A stretch of 64,000 bases of DNA from Minutocellus sp. GHC0000111 (taxonomy: Eukaryota). Made by a program: the position numbers and the translations under genes. Position 1 is the first letter of the stretch; each line of letters opens with the position of its first letter. This document shows positions 59,545 to 64,000 of this stretch, piece after piece. The DNA is taken from contig OZ361261.1 of NCBI GenBank assembly GCA_977018835.1, forward strand, positions 1,798,001 to 1,862,000. The letters run 5' to 3'. The notes under the pieces are model-generated. The model made no database searches and was not told the DNA's origin. It was given only the letters and a program-made list of their open reading frames with translations.

Positions 59545-62500
59545 ATGCTCGCACGGAGCATACGAGCGGGCAGCAGTCGGCCGGCATGTCGTCACGCAGC
59601 CTCGTCGGCCTTTCGGCGATGGTCGGCCGAGGCCTCCTCTTCGTCGCTGACGACCCAGAGCAGTGCGTGTGTTCGTGCACCTTCGGCTGCTGGCGCAACC
59701 GCTGCATCCGCCGAATCTTCGCTGGCTCCGTCGTACGACGGTAGGAGGGCGTTGGCGAATGCTGCTCGCTGTTCATCTACGTTGGCTAATTCGGAGCATT
59801 TTTCTGCATCAGGAAGCGCGAACGATTTTGCAGCACATCACGACGAACTCATATCGGCATATCAATATCATCCGCAGAGAATTCCTCGGCCTTCGCCACA
59901 AATTATGGGCCCTTCCAGCAGCAACTTGCTGTTGACGAACAATTATTCCCATCCGATGCAAATGCGATCGTATCACAGCATGGTCCCCTCATCAGCAATC
60001 ACGGCAGCTGCACGCCGAACCTCGCGAGAGATGAGAAGCGCAATTCTGTCGGCCGACCCGCACGCATCGGCAGCCTTTGAGGAGACCATGACGCGGATCA
60101 TCATGCGGGCCTTGTTTTCGACGAATCCCAGTCCCAATGTGAATTCGGACGACAGTCAGGATGGCAAAGATGGTGCCAATTCTGCATCGTCAACTTCTAT
60201 GGCGGCCAAGGCTGTGTCGGCCTCAGAGGCCAAGCTCAATGGCAATTCTGCAGAACAGCCCGCGGCCAAGACCGTCACCGAACGGAAGAAGCCCAAGGCA
60301 CCCAAGGACATGGTCGTCCAGCATGCCACGGCGACCGATGCCTTTGTATCCTTCGTCAAGTCGGTGCCCGAAAAGACCAAGGACCTACTCCTCGCCGCCG
60401 CCAAGGCCTTGGCCTCCCTCCTGGCCAAAACTCCCGGCGTCCTCTGGTACTACGTCACCCACCCCCTGGAATTCCGTGACAAGCTCATCGAGCTCAAGGA
60501 GGCCGCCAAGAAGGAGGAGGCCCATCACTATTGGATGGGCAGCAAGCTCCTCGCGGCCGATCTGCGGACGGCGCGGCAGATGCTCAAGCGATCGTTGCAG
60601 GGCACCCCTTTGACCCGACGGGAGAGGAAGCAGTTGCTTCGCACCGTGTCGGATGTGTTCCGTCTGGTCCCCATGTCGATCTTTGTGTTGATTCCGTTTA
60701 TGGAATTTGCGCTGCCCTTTGCCCTGAAAATCTTCCCCAATATGCTCCCCTCGACCTTTCAGGATTCCTTGAAGGCCGAGGAGAACATGAAGAGGGAGCT
60801 CAAGATGCGTCTGACCATGGCCGAATTCTTTCAGGAGTGAGTTTTTAATCAACGCATGTGAATGTTGAGTATGCTTCGTATTGGTATCCATTTGCTATTT
60901 TCAGATTGTTGCTCACCCTACTGCCTCCAATCTTCTTCACAAACACAGGACCCTGCAAGATCTGGCACAGGAGCAGAAGAAGCGAGCGGCCAGCAATCAA
61001 AAGTCCAAGGAGGAGGAGGGTGACGACTGTGTTCAGGAAAAGAAGGAGAAGACGGCCCAGTCCTTCCTGGCATTTTTAGAAAAGGCCCGGAATGGAGAGA
61101 TGCTACCGGCGGAGGAAATTATCAAGTACGCGTCGTACTTCCAGGACGAGCTTACGTTGGACAACATGCCCCGTATGCAGTTGGTGAACTTTTGCCGGTA
61201 CATGTCCATCCCGCCGTACGGGTCCGACAACGTGCTTCGATTCCAGCTCCGTCATCGGATGAGGATGCTTCTGGAGGACGACCAGCGGATCTTGTGGGAG
61301 GGCATCGACTCGCTGACCAAGATGGAATTGCGGGAGGCCTGCCAGGAGCGTGGTATGAGATCGACCGGACTGAGCAAGGAGGCATACAAGCGAGCCTTGC
61401 AACAGTGGTTGGATTTGAGTGTCAACCGCAACGTCCCGATATCGTTGCTCATCATGTCGCGAACCTTCTTCCTGCAAGAGGAGGTGACGAGCGAAACTTC
61501 TCCCGTCGATGAGGAGACCAAGAGCGTCGCTGGCCTTGCCGACGCCATCAGTGGATTGGACAAGGAAGTTGTCAACGAGGTTGTGCTATCCGTCGCCTCA
61601 TCGGAGGAGAAGAGCAGTGATCCGGACGTCGTCAAGATCAAATTGGAGGTATTGGAGCATCAGAATGAGCTCATTGAAGAAGAGAAGAAGGAGCGGGAGG
61701 AAGCAGCGGCGAAGAAGGCCGCCAAGGAACAAGAAAAGGCAAAGGCTGCGTCAGAAGCGGGTGATGATAGTGCAGTGAGCGATGGCCAAACCAAGGAGGA
61801 GGTCGAGGCTGCCGCTGGCGAACCTTTGCATATCAAGGTCAAGATCGAAGACCCTGCCGCAAGCGAGACAGCGAGTAGTAGCGACCCCGAAGCAGCACAA
61901 TCAGAGTCTTCATCGGATGATGAGGCCGATTCCACCAAAGGTGATGATGAAGAGAAGGGACTTTCCACCGAGGAGATTGATGCCATTTCACAGCTTGTTT
62001 CGCCAAATCCAGTCAGCAGAGAAAGAGAAGAGCTCGAGCGTATCAAGGCCGCAATGCTCGAAGACGACGAAGAACTCACAGCCGAAGCAGTCAAAGCCAA
62101 ATTTGAGGAAGCACTCGATGAAGTCAAGGATAGTGAGGAGCAGCCAGTCAAGGTATTTGTTGAGCCACCAGGACCTGATGCAGCGCCTGAGGGTCCCATG
62201 TCAATCGACGAGGCAGATGCCAAGGTCGCCGAAACAATTGAAAAGATGGATGTTGCCGTCGACGCCGAGGCAGCATCGGCCACCAAGATATCAATGACCG
62301 GGGACGACATTGACAAGGATACTAGCAAGGAGACTGAAGAGATTGAGGAGGAGACATCTGGTAGTGGCGATGAAAAGCTGGACAAGGCTGTTGATAGGTT
62401 GAAGTACCGCGTCGAGTCGATGGTTGGGCGACTGGAGGCTCAGCTCACCGACGTCGAGGCCAAGATCGGCGACAAGCTTCATTTGCTCGATAAGGATCTT

Positions 62501-62824
62501 GACGAAACCATTTCCACCGAGGAGATGTCAGATGTGTTACAACAAGTGCTAAAGCGCAAACTAAGTGCCGAAGAAGCAGAAGCCATCGCTGCCGATATGG
62601 ACGCGGACAAGGATGGCTTCCTCACCGTCGCCGAGCTCTCCAAATGGGTCGATAACAATAAGGTGATTAAACTCTTGGAGGAGGGACGGGAAGGCGAAAT
62701 CGACCGAATGATTGAGAGGAGGAAGGAGAAGTTGTTGCGCGAGATGCACGAAGCTGAAGCTGAGGCTGAGAATGGGGATGAACCTCAAGACGAGGCGGCT
62801 TCCAAGGCGGCCAACAAGCAATAG
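59545..62824 (+). CDS. LETM1: LETM1/Mdm38 mitochondrial protein with EF-hands; intron 60837-60948
   Basis: HYWMGSKLL, LTRRERKQL, IPFMEFALP...FPNMLPSTF and ELREACQERGM; DADKDGFLTVAEL EF-hand. Confidence 0.93.
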
Positions 62825-62916
62825 TTGATATCATTTTTGACTCTAGACTAGTAGGTTTTACTACATCCCCAGCGTAGTCATACTTTAGCTAGCTATTGCT
62901 CTAGTAGTCTATTATA

Positions 62917-64000
62917 TTACGCGTAGTAGACATGTGATAGTCCAACCGTCGTGTGGGGCTGCTCTTGAGAACGAAGTCGTATGCCGATTTCAACCTCGCC
63001 CCCGGCGAAGGAAGGGTCGTCCATTATCGGCCACAGGGCGAAGTTTTTCACCAATTCATCCTTGTACGTCATAAACTCTTCACTGTTCATTGTTTTCGTG
63101 ATCTTGCCATTGATTGCGATGTCGAATTGGAAATCATCGGTCACCCATTCCACGCCCAAGGAGCGTGACCGAGTAGCATTGCCGTCGTCGGTGAAGTAGG
63201 GCGTGGTATCTTCGGTCTTTCCATCGTTGACTTCGTTCCATTCTTTTGTCCTTGCATTTCCTTGGTTGGCGTGCCAGGCCTCCATGCGCACCAGTATAAT
63301 GCCTTCTTTTACATCGGGCAGGGTGAAGACCATCCAACCTGCCAGAGGATCTCCTTGGAGACATCCACGGCCATCATTGTGCCCAATAGCGAGGCAATTG
63401 TTGCCCGGATCACGCTCGCAAGTAGACATGTACGTTCCATCACAGAAACCAGTATGCGTTGTTTCGCTCACGACCCATCCTTGTCCTGGAACGACCTTGT
63501 CGTCGTCCTCACCAAGGCCGCGGTGGCTTGTGATAGTTGTGCTATTCAGAGTAGACAGTGATCGAAGAGAACGTCGTTGAATTGTTCTTCGCCTGTCTTG
63601 CTCTGCTTGATCCCATTTTGCTCTAAATGCCTTCTTTGCTCGTTGTAACCTTTGGCCCATGGTGTGTCGAGAGTTGTCCACAAGGCGTCTCCTCTCGTCT
63701 TCACCAGGCAAGCTATGGTCCAGATCTGGCGCAGCTTTGTGCGTAGCAATGGCAATCATGTGCACGTCTACTTCGTCGTCAGGAATTCGAGGGAACACGC
63801 CCTTCTCGGGATTATCGAGGAAAGCCACATCTACCCCTTCGTAGACATTGCTCTCCTCGATAATGGGTTTGTAGCCATTGGGAGCAGCCTTGATAATGGA
63901 CCGGAAGGAGGAAAAGTCTGGATTCGCCCGAGGCTGCCAATCTCCATACGCTTTCATTGGAATTCGGCACACTCGTGGGTATTTCTCCCACTTCTTCTCA
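62917..64000 (-). CDS. C-terminal part of a diatom-type hypothetical protein (runs off the window)
   Basis: Frame open from 63999 to the stop at 62917; GFCDGT...C...NNCL..GHNDGRG. Confidence 0.65.
   Translation of the reverse strand, partial: EKKWEKYPRVCRIPMKAYGDWQPRANPDFSSFRSIIKAAPNGYKPIIEESNVYEGVDVAFLDNPEKGVFPRIPDDEVDVHMIAIATHKAAPDLDHSLPGEDERRRLVDNSRHTMGQRLQRAKKAFRAKWDQAEQDRRRTIQRRSLRSLSTLNSTTITSHRGLGEDDDKVVPGQGWVVSETTHTGFCDGTYMSTCERDPGNNCLAIGHNDGRGCLQGDPLAGWMVFTLPDVKEGIILVRMEAWHANQGNARTKEWNEVNDGKTEDTTPYFTDDGNATRSRSLGVEWVTDDFQFDIAINGKITKTMNSEEFMTYKDELVKNFALWPIMDDPSFAGGEVEIGIRLRSQEQPHTTVGLSHVYYA

Overview
Gene-dense nuclear DNA of a photosynthetic stramenopile, almost certainly a diatom (RedCAP, EFL instead of canonical EF-1alpha, bipartite signal+ASAF-type plastid presequences, short GT-AG introns). 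About 27 protein genes or fragments are supported: NTT-like carrier, CDF transporter, alkaline-phosphatase-family enzyme, secreted heme peroxidase, PDH E2, DENN+ENTH protein, USP, MYND-RING-Sel1, mitochondrial carrier, RedCAP, Tim21, Pex14-PUB, NAD(P)HX epimerase, EFL, VIPP1/PspA, histidine phosphatase, 2OG-Fe(II) oxygenase, LETM1 and others. There are also two TA-flanked mariner-type elements with TIRs (637-3990; 30653-32081). Highlights: (1) a thioredoxin-fold selenoprotein gene missed by the ORF track (11229-11780, minus) with two in-frame TGA codons (UxxC plus a second) and a well-formed SECIS in its 3' UTR; (2) transposon and duplicated fragments that are TpA-poor and show apparent Tyr->His/Cys changes, suggesting repeat-targeted TpA->CpA/TpG hypermutation, the mirror image of fungal RIP; (3) TAGCTA/CTACGTAG palindromes clustered at gene 3' ends; (4) a recent inverted copy of the EFL upstream region and 5' CDS in front of LETM1. 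Isolated frameshifts and stops in housekeeping genes indicate residual consensus errors, which limits any single-base conclusion. All family calls come from motif recognition by eye, not from searches.
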